Source: the human T2T-CHM13v2.0 reference genome, Homo sapiens. From it: DNA of 64,000 nt. The notes under the pieces were generated by a model, which was given only the letters and a program-made list of their open reading frames with translations, made no database searches and was not told the origin of the DNA. The translations under genes and the position numbers were made by a program. Where the stretch lies: assembly GCF_009914755.1 (NCBI RefSeq), contig NC_060928.1; one strand, given 5' to 3'. Shown here in pieces: positions 42,947-56,999 of the stretch. The stretch's first letter is position 1. Every line of letters starts with the position of its first letter.

Positions 42947-45900
42947 TAAAACCCTTTCAATATTTTGAAAACATGATCTCTCACTCTGCTTTACATGAAT
43001 TGGTCCATTAATATTTAGTTATTCTAATATGGACAGGACTGCCATATTTAAGAAGTTTAACATTTTCTTTGTACCTTTGACTTTCAAGAAAGAAAAATTA
43101 TCAAAAGTTTCATATTTATATTCACCAAGTGGTTTTTCCAGAAAACAGCCCAACAAAAAAAAATGGTAATGTTCTCCCATTCTTGAGCAGAATTGCCTTC
43201 TTTTAGCCATGGTTAGGAAAAATCTGTCAAATAACTGAGTGTCTTTGCACCTGCAATTAGCCACACATAGATGAAAGTATTTCATGTCAAATTCATATGG
43301 ACATATCAGCATCTTAGCTGCAAGCCATGTGACAACAAACTGAAATCCAAGACAACTTAGTAGAGAAAATGAGGCAGTCTCCAGAAAAAATTATCACAAG
43401 TGTATTAAGTACCCACATTATTCCAGGTACTGTACTGCGGAGAAACATAAAGAATAGTGAGAGTTTATGAGAAATAACTCTGTAAGAAACATTGTGGTAT
43501 ACTATATATCCACAGTAGAGAATAATTTTTATGATTTAGAGAAAGCTGAGAAGAGAATATATTTGCTTATTCTTCAAAACAGTTGAGTTTCCTACACTGT
43601 CCGTTCATTATTTATAAAGGGCATTTATAATTCTGTGTTATAAAGCAGTTTCAGCTAAAAATAAAGAGAATTATTGAGTAAACACTGCATTAATTTGGTA
43701 TGACCAGACTCCCAAGGCTAGAGGCACCTAGGTATCATTGTAGGCTACAGTGATACCTGATTGATACTATCAATGTAGGCTGCAGGTATCATTAAAACAG
43801 TATATAGGCCCAATTAACAGGTATTAGATATTTTTCCCTAAAATATAAATCTCTGAACTTGTAATCTATCTGTGACTTTGCCCTTTTATTAGTGTCTTTT
43901 CTAAATTCCAATGGTAAGGGTTATTGGCTCTGTCTCTAATACAGATATTGAGCTATTTTGAATAGTTTATTTAGGATTTATTATTAATGGCGGTATTATT
44001 AAGCAATTAGTCCTGGCAGATCAAGATATGGAATTAACATTTTATATTCTGAAGTGAACTTTATAAGTAGCTTATTTAAAGCTACTCTCATTTAGAGAGT
44101 AAGAAAATTAGCAAATTAAAATGGACCCTCTGCCCTGATATTTATTATAGATCATCTTTCCTCCTCTATTACATGTACAGTAGCATGGTTATAGCTGACT
44201 TAATTTTATATAATTATTTTCATTTAACTTTCTCCTTTATGTAGAAAAATACCCAGAGTTTTTGTCTGAAATATACTGTAGGGATAACAATTTTCAAAAC
44301 CAGAAATAAAAAGAAAAAATAAATATACCCTGAAGATCTCTAATAAATAAAATGTGTTGCCTTGAAATACCTCCAGGATGAAATTCTCCCCACTCTACCT
44401 CTGGATCAGAACATCTGTATCACAGTTACCCTTCATCTGCTGCAGGTAAAATACTTGCCTCATTTCTGTCATCACTGAATATGAAAAGCAGATGGTCTGC
44501 ACTCTTTCTACAACAATAGAGATCATATTTTTGTTCCCAGAAAAGACATCCCAAAATTGCAAGTAAAGTGAAAAGTGATCACTGCCTAGGCAGACTGTTT
44601 CCCTCCAGTGAGGGTTCACTGCTTATAGACTGGAAAGGACACTAACTGGAAAGCTCGCAGTTTTAATCTCACATGCTCTCTAGCAACTCTCTTATTTTCT
44701 GCGAAAAGTTTGCCCCTTATGGTCAGGGTTGAATCCATAGCCCAATGTCTCACAGGGTGTTTCCTGGGTGGTATGTGAGAAAATGAATATTTTATATTTG
44801 TTATAAATCTGGTGGGTAGAGAGGTTGGTAGAGGGCTTACTTTATCTCTGGACATTCTGCCTAATGACTTGACATCATAGGAATTTCTCCAGCATGTATT
44901 GTGGAAACAATCCGGCCTACCTTTTCTATTGAGAGAACCCACAATATCAGAAATCAGAATGCCTGGATTTGAATTCTGCCTCTATAGGCTGTGTAACCTT
45001 GAGCATGCCGCTCAACCTGAACCTCAGTCTTTTCATTTATAAAGGCGATATTAATGATAGCAGCACACCAATGCCACAGGATTTTTTTCTTTTTTTGGGT
45101 GGTGAGGTATAGAATAAAGTGAAATAAAATATTTTAAACAAATTGCAAATTGTAAAATTTTATAAAAATGCTAGTTATAACTAATTGTTACTACATGTTC
45201 TCTCTTTTTTTTTGTCCTCTGGTACATCATCTCTTCAACTCCATGTCTTCCTCCCCCTTCTGCTCTATTGTGTGCAAGTGGTGAAATCAAAACGAAACCA
45301 AAGCAAAACATGATACCATTGCTTGGGTCTCATGAAATACTATCTTGCCCACTCTCTTTCTTTTTCCTGGTAGTCAGATTGGAATTTCCAATTGCCAAAC
45401 TGAAGTTCAACCCATGGAGTTGCTTTCTGTTTTTCCTTTTATTTGACTAATGTGTCAGTTCTTTAAATGTCTATGGAGGAATGCAAAGAAATAATTCACA
45501 GTGCTCTATAGGGAGACACATGTTACCTTGCCAATTAACTTTATTTTTACAAAACAATAAATATGTGGAACAGAAAATTTTGTAACAAGGAGGATAGGTG
45601 CTGAATCTAAAGGAATATTCATGGTATGCTGTGTTGTAATTACTTATAATCAAAAACCAACTGACGGATACATCTCAGCTGGGATATTCCATCCAATTGT
45701 TTTCTTATTCTTTACTCATATCATAACAGGTAAGTTTCCAAAATATTATACAAATACTGTATCTATTAACCTGGGAAAGCATACCCATTTTTGACCACAG
45801 GTTTCTCAGCTGATTGTATTCTGGGAAGCATCCAGAAAGTACCATTAAAATTCACTGCAGTCAAAGTTGTTTCTTACAGTGTTGCCTCTCTTAGTGCCTG

Positions 45901-46989
45901 TTGCCCCGTTTCCTGTACCAATGAGAGGAATCATGTGTCCTCATGCTATGCCTTGCCTGCCACCTCCTTCCAAAATTTCTGTTATAACATCCAAAACTGT
46001 CACCTCCATATTCTTGAGCTTTTGCAATCCTGGAAAGCAAAATGTTGTTTTAGCTGTCTCTTTACCAAGATACAAGACACAGATTCTGAAAGTTAATTTA
46101 AGGATATTTTATAATAATATAAGTGAAAATGCATGTAAAAGTGCAAGGATTAGCTAAAAATTATATTCAGAAGCCATATTAATGCAATTCTTATATGTCA
46201 CATTCAGAAAAATTATATTAGAACACAAGCTAAAAATAAATCATTCATCACAATATAGTTAGAGGAATATTAAGAGAATAATAAGTGATTTGACCTACTA
46301 AAGGAGAATTACACTATTTCCCTTTGAAATTTACCAGCATATTATTAGACTCTTCAATATGATCCTTATGAATCTTCAATATGATTCTTCAATATGAATA
46401 CTTACCAATAATTCTGAAGTTCTATTATGCATCCTTTATATTAGGTTTATTTTACTTTGAATTGTTATCCTGTAAAACAATATAGCTGAAAATCAAAATG
46501 GCAAATCCATTTCAAAGAATTTCTATGCCTCAGTTTCCTAATTTGCATGAAATGGGATTAATAATAACACTTTTCTCACTGAGTTACCATGAAGATTAAA
46601 TGAGCTTATAAATGTGAGGTACGCAACATAATGCCTAGCACATAGAAACACAATATTTAAGAAATTATGGAGTTCAATATGGTTGTTAGAATTTTATCAG
46701 CCTTACATTTCCCAACCTATTGGTTATTGTCTGCTCTTACCTAACCAATGAGTAATAAGAATCTCTAATAAACTACCACTTTTGGTCAACCCTTGATGCA
46801 GTAACAAAGAAGAATATCACAATTATCAGAAAACATGACTCAGGCACATCTTCCTTTTCCAGCTACATATATCCACGAGGCTGAATTGTCCTCACACACT
46901 TCAACAGAAACAATAACTAGCAACAAGAAATCCAGCTATCTTCTATTAGAGCAGACATTAAAGAGATTTGAAAAAATGACAAATAATGC

Positions 46990-47237
46990 TACTTTTCTCA
47001 GTACTCATCTTTTATTTTGTAGAATATATTTATATTCATAAAATATTTATGTTATGTGTAAAAGGCTTGTTATTACTTTTGAATGAGTAAATAAATATTT
47101 TTGAAAATTCTCAGTTTTAGTTTCTATTATGGTAAAAATCAATAGATGTAACTCAGATAAGCAAAAGCTGTTTGGGGTCTTTAATGATTTGTAAGAATAC
47201 AAACGGATCCTGATGCCAAAGAGTTTGAGAACTGCTA
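46990..47237. mobile_element. hAT-Charlie DNA transposon remnant
   Basis: Ends ...CCTGATGCCAAAGAGTTTGAGAACTGCT, a Charlie-type terminus; left boundary approximate. Confidence 0.5.
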
Positions 47238-47468
47238 ACATCTAAAATTTCTTTAAATTATTTTATGGTTAAAATTTTCTGAATAGATATATTAATCAAT
47301 GCCAATTTATGCCAAACATTCTTCCTTTAAATTTCAAAAATCTCACATTATAAAACCGAAATAACAAATGATTTTATGATGCAGTGTTTTGTAGTAAAAA
47401 GAATATGAGATTTGGATTTTAAATTCCAATACTGAATCCATTGCTAATGCTGTAGTAAGATGAAAAAA

Positions 47469-47645
47469 TTATTATTATTATTATTTTGAGACAGGGTCTC
47501 ATTCTGTCACCCAGGCTGGAGTGCAGTGGCGTTATCACAGTTCAATGCAGCCCCAACCTCCCAGGCTTAAGTGATCCTCTCACCTCAGCCTCCTGAGTAG
47601 CTGATACTACGCGCGCATGTCGTCATGCCCAGAACATTTTTTCTT
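47469..47645 (-). mobile_element. Alu single arm (AluJ right arm/FRAM-like)
   Basis: (TTA)n tail, GAGACAGGGTCTCATTCTGTCACCCAGGCTGGAGTGCAGTGG, ends at the linker. Confidence 0.9.
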
Positions 47646-49758
47646 TAAATTACCTTTAATGCCAAAATATTGGGCTGATCCTGGCATAATTCATGTCAGT
47701 GGTGAAATTTTTCCATACTGCTTTCTTCAACTTCTAGAGTATTTGGCTTTGGTTTTTACAAAAAGTTAAAAATAAATAAATATAAAAATACCATTTTTTC
47801 CTATCTAGATTGCACTGAAGCTGAGAGATGTGTAGTCCTAGACTAGAAGAAGAGATTCAGCTGAGACCAAGGGCTCAGTTGCAGAAAGAAGTGACCACGA
47901 GGCTGTGAAATCCTAATAATAAACTGAAATCCCTGAAAGACTACTGGACTCCTAGAAATTGAAACCAGTCTTATATAGTGAAATCTCAAAGAAAAGGCCA
48001 AACCAAGGTGACAGCAAGGTTACACCACAGACTTAGGTAAGTCACTTCTCTATGTATTAACATCTGCTTCTGTAAAGTGGCTCAGTAATACTTACCTCAC
48101 AGGGTTGTTTTAAAAGATTACATGTGTTAATGTAAATGAAATATCTATATAAATTATAACGTGCTCAACTAACTGATATTGTTGATATTGTGAAAGTAAC
48201 CAAAGGAGCCCCGAATGTAGTCAGACCACATGGCTTTCAGGTCATGTTCCATCATTTGGCTCCTTCGCTTATCCTTTCTAAACCTAGATTTCTGTATCCA
48301 TATGAGGTAGAAGGGACATGTGTGATGGTGTGGGCTTTGGGAAGGGGCAGTGTGTGAGGTGGGGAGCCAGAGAGATGGCAGAAGCTTGTTGCTCTGCAAC
48401 ATAACCCCATGTTTTTAGAAAAATTAGTAATGCCTTAGAAAAGCACTGTGAATCTTGTGGAGAAAGAAGAGGCTCATGACTCAGCATGACAAGGAGAGGA
48501 ACCTGAAAGATGCGTAAATGCAGGAGGGCAGCCTGAAAAAGGCTAAGAAATGTTGGGTGTTGAAGCAGTTTTGTACCTAGCAGGAACCCTGCTTGTAAAG
48601 TGAGTATGGTCAATTTTTATTAAAGCTTTTTTTTTTTTGCAGGAGCTAGAAACAAGCTGCTTCTATAGAAATAAAGCACTTCCTTCTTGTGTATTGTATA
48701 CCATGCTGTCTATCCCTTCACATTTTAATAAAATAGGGGACAGATTAATATTCCCTCATGTATTTGTTGGAGTAGGACCTTAGAGCTGACAGTTATAGTT
48801 TCTGAGAGTTAAAAAAATTAAAAACACTGTTTTGCCAAAGATTGTAATTGTTCTCTAACTCTTACACAAGATGATTTTGGTGAGGATAAAAACGTTTCCA
48901 CAGAGTATTCATGTTTGCATGAGTGTTCAAATATAAAATATTCTATAGAAAAGCAGCAGTAGGTAATAGGTACAGATGAGCAGACTTAAACCACACATTC
49001 ATAAAACACAACGGTAAAAGTAAAAATCATCCAGATCACTTTGCAACATCCCTATACACTGTGGACAATAATATGTTTGCAGAAACAAGTCCAAATAACT
49101 ATTGGTGATACCCTAAAGAAACATACCAGTCAATATTAAGAAAACTCTTCAAAACACTAACAAAATTTCTTCTATTAAATGAGGAGTCTGAAATTAGGGA
49201 GCTTCAAGGGGGTTTCAGTTCTAACATTCTCTAAGTCAATGACTTTTTTTAGCCACTAAAAGCTGAAATATAGACTAAATTCTCCTAAAATGAAACCTTT
49301 GTTTAAAAAGACAAATCTTAAAGAATTCAGAAGGCTGCATGTCTCTTTGGAGGCTGACAGAAGTGTGGCACGTAGTTATTATTAAAGTCCATGAGGGGAC
49401 AAGAGTTCTGAGCATTGTCTACTTTGAGTGTCAACTATGAGAAAGTCAGTTTGGCAAGCATTTTATATACATCATCCTATTTTAGAGTAAAAATGAAGTT
49501 TTAGAAGTTTTAAGTATCAATGAGGCCCAGGAAACCAGAAATGTCACATTCATATTCTCGAACAATTTAATCTGAACCACTGACAAGCATTAGAATACAT
49601 TAAATAAAGAGCAATGGCGCTAATAATAACAGACTGGAACATTAAAGCTGGGCTTGCTACATGACATGAGATAGCTGGACTGTATAGGTGCTGCATGGAG
49701 TTGATTTAGATTCATCCAACAAAGAGAGAGTGCAGTATATTGTTTATAATTCCCTGAA

Positions 49759-49760
<2 letters not shown>

Positions 49761-49796
<36 letters not shown>
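49761..49796. repeat. (AC)18 microsatellite
   Basis: Seen directly. Confidence 0.97.
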
Positions 49797-49799
<3 letters not shown>

Positions 49800-51523
49800 T
49801 TAAATAATCATAACTGTGAAACCGAAATAAATAGCTAAAAATTATAAGCTTCAAACTTAAATAAAAGTATGGCCCATAAAAAATTGATTACAAGCCTTGA
49901 GAGAAAAGAATCTTGCTGACATATGTGCTTTGCAACTTCCATAAACTGTGCTGAGTATTACTCATTTCAGTAAGAGAAGGAAGATTACAAAGAACAGATC
50001 TGTTAAGACTTTGGGGTGGGATGTGTGTTAGTACAAGACTTAGTTAAGATTCCTTAGTTAAGATTCTTTTTGCTTATATAAGCTCTTTTTCTTATTATCT
50101 TGGATGATAGCTTTTCTGTTTTAACGTTGACTGAGAAGGGGCAAAGGCTCTCAAAGTTATTCACCTGAAACTACAAAATTTATTTAAAAGCATAAGGAAT
50201 GTAACCTTTAACCAAGGCTCTGGGCTCTAGATCTCACAAAGCCAGTTAGATTCAGTGGCTTGTTACGGTGAAATTTGTTCACCCAGGCTGTAAATGAAGC
50301 CACCAGCTTAGTGAATATTAACTTTAGGAATAATCTCACTAGCCTTGTGTTAATTCAACTTGTAACATAGCCTAGCTTCTCTTCTTAGTCAGAATGCTAC
50401 TGCACTTTGAGGCCAGCTTTCTTTTTTGCAAACTGCTGAAATAAAGACTATGCCTAGCAGTTTCTCGGCCAAATATGACATAAAATTTCATCTTTCACAA
50501 TAGTCACATGCAGGCAACCTGGGCACAACAACCAAGAATGGAATACCTTGGTGAAAACTTCAGGTGGACAGTGAGTCTAAATAAATGGGCAAATAGTTTA
50601 GACTATTTGTAAGGAATTCTCAAATAGTTCTAAGAAGAAATCAAATAATAGCCATCATGCTTGGACAACATGGACAGGGCAGTTGTTTCTTTACCTTGTG
50701 ATCCAACTTCCCCATACAAATGTGAAAGACAGCAGTATCAACATCATAGTTTGTGAGGAAGGTGAAGTAATGTCTACTACAAGAAAGAACATTTTAAAAA
50801 TCAAGGAAATATCTCTGTCTCTAATTCTCTTCCCAAGGGACATCTTCTGATTAAGTAAAATCTTATGCCTTAGTCAAAGATATTATGTTAGAAAAGTACT
50901 GTGCTGAAATTCGTGGTGTGAAATTACAAACCAGCCCAAATCAAATATTGTTATTCAATTTTAAAAAGTTTCAATTACTAAGAGTTTGTAATCAACAAAG
51001 AAATGTAATTTAACACTTAATTTTCATATTTGATATGTAAACAGGATTACTAACAAATATTCTAATTATTCTTTCATGATTAACTATTGTTCCATGTTTA
51101 ATTATGAAATGTGTAACATGATATCATCCCATCAGCTCTATTGCTATGCAATATATTTCCCCCAAATATATTAGACATGTTCTGCAGTTGATGGAAGTAA
51201 TGGTAGATTCAACTCTGACCAATCACTGTTATATTTTCACTACCTGGAAAATGACAATATTTACAGCTGTCTTCATGCTTTTACTTATACATTACAGAAA
51301 ACAAGAAAGTACTATTTGATAGTAATTAGATAGCATCAAAAAGATTTACAGTAATATGAAACAGTGTAACAATTTAGAATGCTCTATCTGGTGATTTGTT
51401 AAACATGCCAGTTTTGCTTGGTTATATGAAAGCAATTTTCTTAGTATAAGTCAGATTCTTTCCAGTGTACTCCATGGAACAGTGCAATTTGTTGTACTAC
51501 ATACAAAAATGTTAAATGACCTA

Positions 51524-51931
51524 TGTAAAGTTTAATTTTATATGTCAACTTGGCTAGGATATGGTAACCAGATAGTATTCTAGATGTTTCTGTGGAAGTA
51601 TTTTTAAACATGAGATTATCATTTAAGTCGGTTGACTTTGAGTAAAACAGATTACCCTCCATAATATGGATGGGCCTCTCTGAATTAGTGGAAGGCCTTA
51701 ATGAAAAAAGACTGATGTCTCCTGAAGATGGAATTCTGCCGGCAGGTTGCCTTAGGACTTGCACTGCTGCATTGGGGTCTTTCTCCTCTGGGTCTCCAGC
51801 CTGCAGGCCTATCCTGTATATTTTGGGCTTGCTAGTCTCCATGGCTGCATGAGCCAATTCCTTAAAATAAATTTCTTTCTTTCTGTTTATATACATCCTG
51901 CTGTTCTCTTTCTCTACAGAAGACTAATACA
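51524..51931 (+). mobile_element. MLT2 (MLT2D-like) solo LTR
   Basis: TTAATTTTATATGTCAACTTGGCTAGG...CAGATTACCCTCCATAAT...GAGCCAATTCCTTAAAATAAAT...GACTAATACA. Confidence 0.8.
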
Positions 51932-52344
51932 AACTATTTCTTGGAATAATAAAAGATGCCTTTAAAGTGTCTTAGAAATACATTATTCTTGAATGCCTTT
52001 AATATTTCTTGAACTTTCAGAGAATAAAAAATAATATAGAAGCAAAATTTTGAGGAAAATAGCTCTTAGATTTCAGCCTATGTAGATCAGAGTAAACTGA
52101 ATTCTACTTATTCTTCAAAAGAAAATATGAGACAAAAATTAAGAAAGAGGAAAAAACTTTTATTTCACACTGAAAGTTGTAAACAAGTTTCTCTAATTAG
52201 CGTTAGATTTTCTCTATTGCTCAATAAAATAGTAAACAGGAAAGATTTTGTTCTTTAGTTTCTTTTTAAATTTTCTTAGTAAACAAATATTTTCAATGGT
52301 GTATACATTTCCAGCATCCTTTCCAACATCCTATTTGCACTGCC

Positions 52345-52575
52345 ATTGTCCATGTTTAAAAGTAAGGGAGAAGTAATTTAACTAAATAAAATGAAAATTC
52401 AGTTTCTTAGTTATATTAGCCATATTTCAGATGTTCAATAGCCATATGTGACTAGTGGGTACTGTATTGGATAGTGAAGATGTAGAACATTCCTACAAAA
52501 ATAAAATTATCCTATAAAATAAAATTTCCATAAAAATAAAATTCCTATAAAAGTTCTATTGGATCACATTTCTCT
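52345..52575. mobile_element. MER3/MER33-like hAT MITE
   Basis: TAGCCATATTTCAGATGTTCAATAGCCATATGTGACTAGTGGGTACTGTATTGGATAG motif. Confidence 0.65.
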
Positions 52576-52699
52576 AGCATAAGACTGCATAGGTTCAAAT
52601 TTAGTTCTGGAGCTAATTATCAAGTGAATTTGTCTTCTCTGTGCTTTAGTTTTCTCATAGATAGTATAATAATAAATAGAATCTACTATCTATAGAATC

Positions 52700-53176
52700 T
52701 ACACATATATATAAATATATATATAAAAATATATATAAATATATATAAAAATATATATAAATATATATATATAAAAATATATATGTATATATAAAGGGGA
52801 GTTTATTAAGTATTAACTTACACAATCACAAGGTCCCACAATAGGCTGTCTGCGAGCTGAAGAGCAAGGACAGCCAGTCAGAGTCCCAAAACTGAAGAAC
52901 TTGGAGTCCAACGTTCGAGGGCAGGAAGCAGCCAGCATGGGAAAAAGATGTAGCCTGGGAGGCTAGGCCAGTCTCTCCTTCTCATGTTTTTCTGCCTGCT
53001 TTATATTCGGTGGCAGGTGATTAGATGGTGCCCACCAGATTAAGGGTGGGTCGGTCTTTCCCAGCCCACTGACTCAAATGTTAATCTCCTTAGGCAACAC
53101 CCTCACAGACACACCCAGGATCAATACTTTGTATCCTTCAATCCAATCAAGTTGACACTTGGTATTAACCATCACA
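52700..53176 (-). mobile_element. 3' LTR (MLT2A) of HERV-L; terminal ~40 bp missing, (TA)-rich tract at 52703-52793
   Basis: Minus strand begins TGTGATGGTTAATA after PPT AAGGGGTGGACT (53177-53188); direct repeat of 58800-59208; AATAAA at 52802-52807. Confidence 0.92.
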
Positions 53177-53589
53177 AGTCCACCCCTTGTCAACTTGAAC
53201 CCATACACATCTCCTGAGATGATACATAATTTTCAAATAAAGACAATAATAAGGTCATAATTACACCTAACATAATACAACTTCCTTCATACAACCAGAA
53301 GTGCACTAATCCCCACTCAAATACTATTACATAAAGTTTCAACAATACTTAAAAGCTGATAGAAAGTCAATAAATCTTATGGCATATGATAAAGGAAAAG
53401 AAAATGAAGATATTTTCTTAGCATAAGTGTTATACATGCACAAACATGTTCTTAACAAAAGAGGGAGGAAATATTCATGACAGTTACAGTCCTCGTTTCT
53501 GCAGCTGGTCACGTGGTCGTAGCTGGTATTGATGACTACCTTCTTCTACTACACATTCTGTATTACCTTTGCCCTCTGCAAGCACCTCA

Positions 53590-54000
53590 GCAGGTTGTGG
53601 TTTTTTTTCCTGGTGGACTGACCCAAACCTTCATTCCTGAAGGGTCTGGAACATTTGTAGTCCTGCCGGGATTGGGCTGTTGTAGTTTCCCATTGACCTT
53701 AATCACAGGGCATGGTAATACTAAGAGACACCCTAATGGAGCTCCTGTATCCATGCATACCTCCGTTATGGAGTAGTAGACTGATTTCACCTTGATATTC
53801 CGGGTCAATCACCCCAGCCAACACTAACTCCCTTCTTAGCCTGTTGACTTAAAGGTAGGAGGAACCCAAAGTGTCCAGGTGGCAATCTTAGCTTCCAGTT
53901 TAATGGAATCTTTAAGTCTTCTGGTGGCAGCATTCCTCCCTCTAGAAGTAAGATCTCTAGGCCAGCAGAAGGTAATGTCGCAGGAACAGGGAGCAAAAAT
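53590..54000 (-). pseudogene. HERV-L dUTPase remnant and downstream tail
   Basis: SAGLEILLLEGGMLPP...IPLNWKLRLPPGHFG downstream of integrase, the ERV-L-specific dUTPase position; frameshifted. Confidence 0.8.
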
Positions 54001-56900
54001 TTTGCTAGTGGATCACTAGGGGTGATGGCGAATGGTACCTATTCCACTCCCACCCCTTGATTTCCTGGACCCGTGAATCCTGACTATGGGAGAAACAGTA
54101 CCATATACTGGACACTGATTCAGAGCATACATGACCTTCTGGAGAACTTTGCCCCAGCCCTGCAAAGTATTGTCACCTAGTTAGCGTTGTAATTGTGATT
54201 TCAAAAGGCCACTCCACCATTCTATCAATCCAACTGTTTCAGGATGATAGGGAACAGGGTAAAACCAGTGAATTCCACGAGCATGAAGCCCACTGCCACA
54301 CTGCTTTAGCTGTAAAGTGAGTGCCTTGGTCAGAGGCAATGCTGTGTGGAATACCATGATGGTGGATGAAGCATCCCATGAGTCCACAGATGGTAGTCTT
54401 GGCAGAAGCATTGTGTGCAGGATAGGCAAACCCATATCTGGAGTAAATGTCTATTCCAGTGAGGACAAACCACTGCCCTTTACATGATGCAAGAAGTCCA
54501 ATATAATCAACCTGCCACCAGGTAGCTGGCTGATCACCATATTGAGGGCTCAGTGTTGGTCTCTGCTGCTGGGAAATTGGGCACTCAGTAGTGGCTGTAG
54601 CCAGGTCAGCCTTGGTGAGTGGAAGTCCATGTTGTGGAGCGCATGCATAACCTCCATCCCTGCCACCATGGCCACTTTGTTCATGGACCCATTGGGCAAT
54701 GACAGGGATGGCTGGGGAAAGAGGCTGAGTCGTGTCTACAGAATGGGCCATCCTATCCCTTGATTATTAAAATCCTCCTCTGCTGAGGTCACCTATTGGT
54801 GAGCACTCACATGGGATACAAATATCTTCACAGTTTTTGACCACTCAAAGAAGTCCATCCACATACCTATTCCCCAAATTTCTTTGTCACCAATTTTCTA
54901 ATCGTGCTTCTTCCAAGTCCCTGACCATCCAGCCAAACCTTTGGCTACAGCCCATGAATCAGTATATAATTGCACATCCAGCCATTTCCCCTTCCATGCA
55001 AAATGCGCAACCAGGTGCACTCCTCAAATTTCTGCCCACTGGAAGATTTCCCTTCACCTCTTTCCTTCGGGGATGTCCTAGAAAGGGGCTGAAGTGCTGC
55101 AACTGTCCACTTTTGGGTGGTGTCTGCATGTTGTGCAGAACCATCTATGAATCAGGCCCTAGTCTTCTCTTCCTTTATCAACTGATCATAGAGAACTCCC
55201 CATAAGGCCATTGGTGCATGCTGGGGGAGGTAGGAGGAAGGCAGGGTGGCAGGAGTGGGGACCATGGGTATTTGAGCCACTTCCTCATATAACTTACTTG
55301 TGCCTTCAGGACCTACTAGAGCTAGATCATGTACATACCACTTACATTTGATGATGGAATGCTGCTGTGCACAACCCACTTTATGGGTAGATGGGTCAGA
55401 AAGCATCCAGTTCATGATAGGCAGTTCAGGTCATCTGGTGACTTGATGACCCATAGTCAGACATTCAGTTTCCACCAAAGCCCAGTAACAGGCCAAGAGC
55501 TGTCTCTCAAAAGGAGAGTTGTTATCTGCAGAAGACGGCAGGGTCCTGCTCCAAAATCCTAGAGGCCTCTGCTGTGATTCACTTATGGGAGCCTGCCAAA
55601 GGCTCCAAACAGCATCCCTATCTGCCACTGCCACCTCAAACTCCATTGAATCTGCTGGGTCATATTGTCCAAGTGGCAGAGCAGCTTGCACAGCAGCCTG
55701 GAGCTGTTGCAGAGCGTTCTTTTGTTCTGGACCCCACTCAAACTGGCAGCCTTTCGGGTCACTCAATAAAAGGGTCAGAGTAACACACCCAAATGAGGAA
55801 TGTGTCGCCTCAAAAATCCAAATAGGCCCACTAGGCATTGTGCCTCTTTCTTGGTTGTAGGAGGGGCCAAATGCAGCAACTTATCCTTCACCTTAGAAGG
55901 AATATCATAACAGACCCCACTCCACTGGAGCCCACACCACTGGACCCATAGAAATTTTACTGAGGTAGAAGGTCCCTGAATTTTAGTTGGATTTATTTCC
56001 CATCATCTGACACACAACTGTCTCACCAATAAGTTTAGTGTGTTTGCTACCTCTTGTTCACTGGATCCAATCAGCATAATGTCTTCAATGTAATGGACCA
56101 GTGTGATATCTTGCAGAAGCAAGAAGTGATCAAGTTCTCTCTGAATAAGATTATCACACAAAGCCGGAGAGTTGATTTACCCCTGACATAGGACAGTAAA
56201 GGTAAATTGCTGGCCTTGCCAGCTGAAGGCAAATTGCTTCTGGGGTCCTTATGGACAGGAATGGAGAAAAATGCATTTGCCAAGTCAGTGGCTGCATACC
56301 AGGTACCAGGAGATGTATTAATTTTGTCAAGCAATGAAACCACATCTGGTACAGCAGCTACAATTGGAGTCACTACTTGGTTATGCTTAGGAGAATCCAT
56401 TGTCATTCTCCAAGATCCATCTGTCTTCTGCACAGGCCAAATGGAAGAGTTGAATGGGGATGTGGTGGGAATCACCACCCCTGCGTCTTTCAAGTCCTTG
56501 ATGGTGACACTAATCTCTGCAATCCATCCAGGGATACAATATTATTTTTGACTCACTATTTTTCTAGGTAGAGGCAGCTCTAATGGCTCCCATTTGGCCT
56601 TTCCCACCATAATAGCCCTTACCCTACCAGTCAGGAAGCCAATGTGTGGGTTCTGCCAGCTGCTAAGTATGTCTATGACAATTATGCATTCTGGCGCTGG
56701 GGAAATGACCACAGAATGAGTCTGGGGACACATTGGACCCTCTGTAAGTCAGACCTGAGCTAAAATCCCATTAATTACTTGACATTCATAAGCCCCTACT
56801 TTAACTGGAGGACCACAATGATGTTTGGGTTCCCTGGAATTAATGTCAGCTCAGAGCCAGTGTCCAGTAGTCTCAGAAATGTCTGATTATTTCCCTTTCC
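54000..56900 (-). pseudogene. HERV-L pro/pol remnants (protease, RT, RNase H, integrase)
   Basis: LLDTGSELTLIPG protease; [20 protein letters not shown] and [12 protein letters not shown] motifs; YIED at 56081-56092 in place of YIDD; integrase HEQSGH..CPIS, WQVDY, SDQG; many stops and frameshifts. Confidence 0.92.
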
Positions 56901-56999
56901 CCAATGCTCAGTTACACTTGTAAAAGGCCAGAGGTCTTCTTGGGGAAGGATGGGAGAAAGATTCATTGCATAAAATGTCGGTAATATAGTGGGGTCCTT

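Noticed and set aside
46351-46400. Triple TCTTCAATATGA repeat
   Set aside because: Ordinary short slippage duplication with no further structure
51441-51896. 151-aa minus-strand ORF
   Set aside because: Lies mostly within the antisense strand of an MLT2 solo LTR, with no recognisable domain
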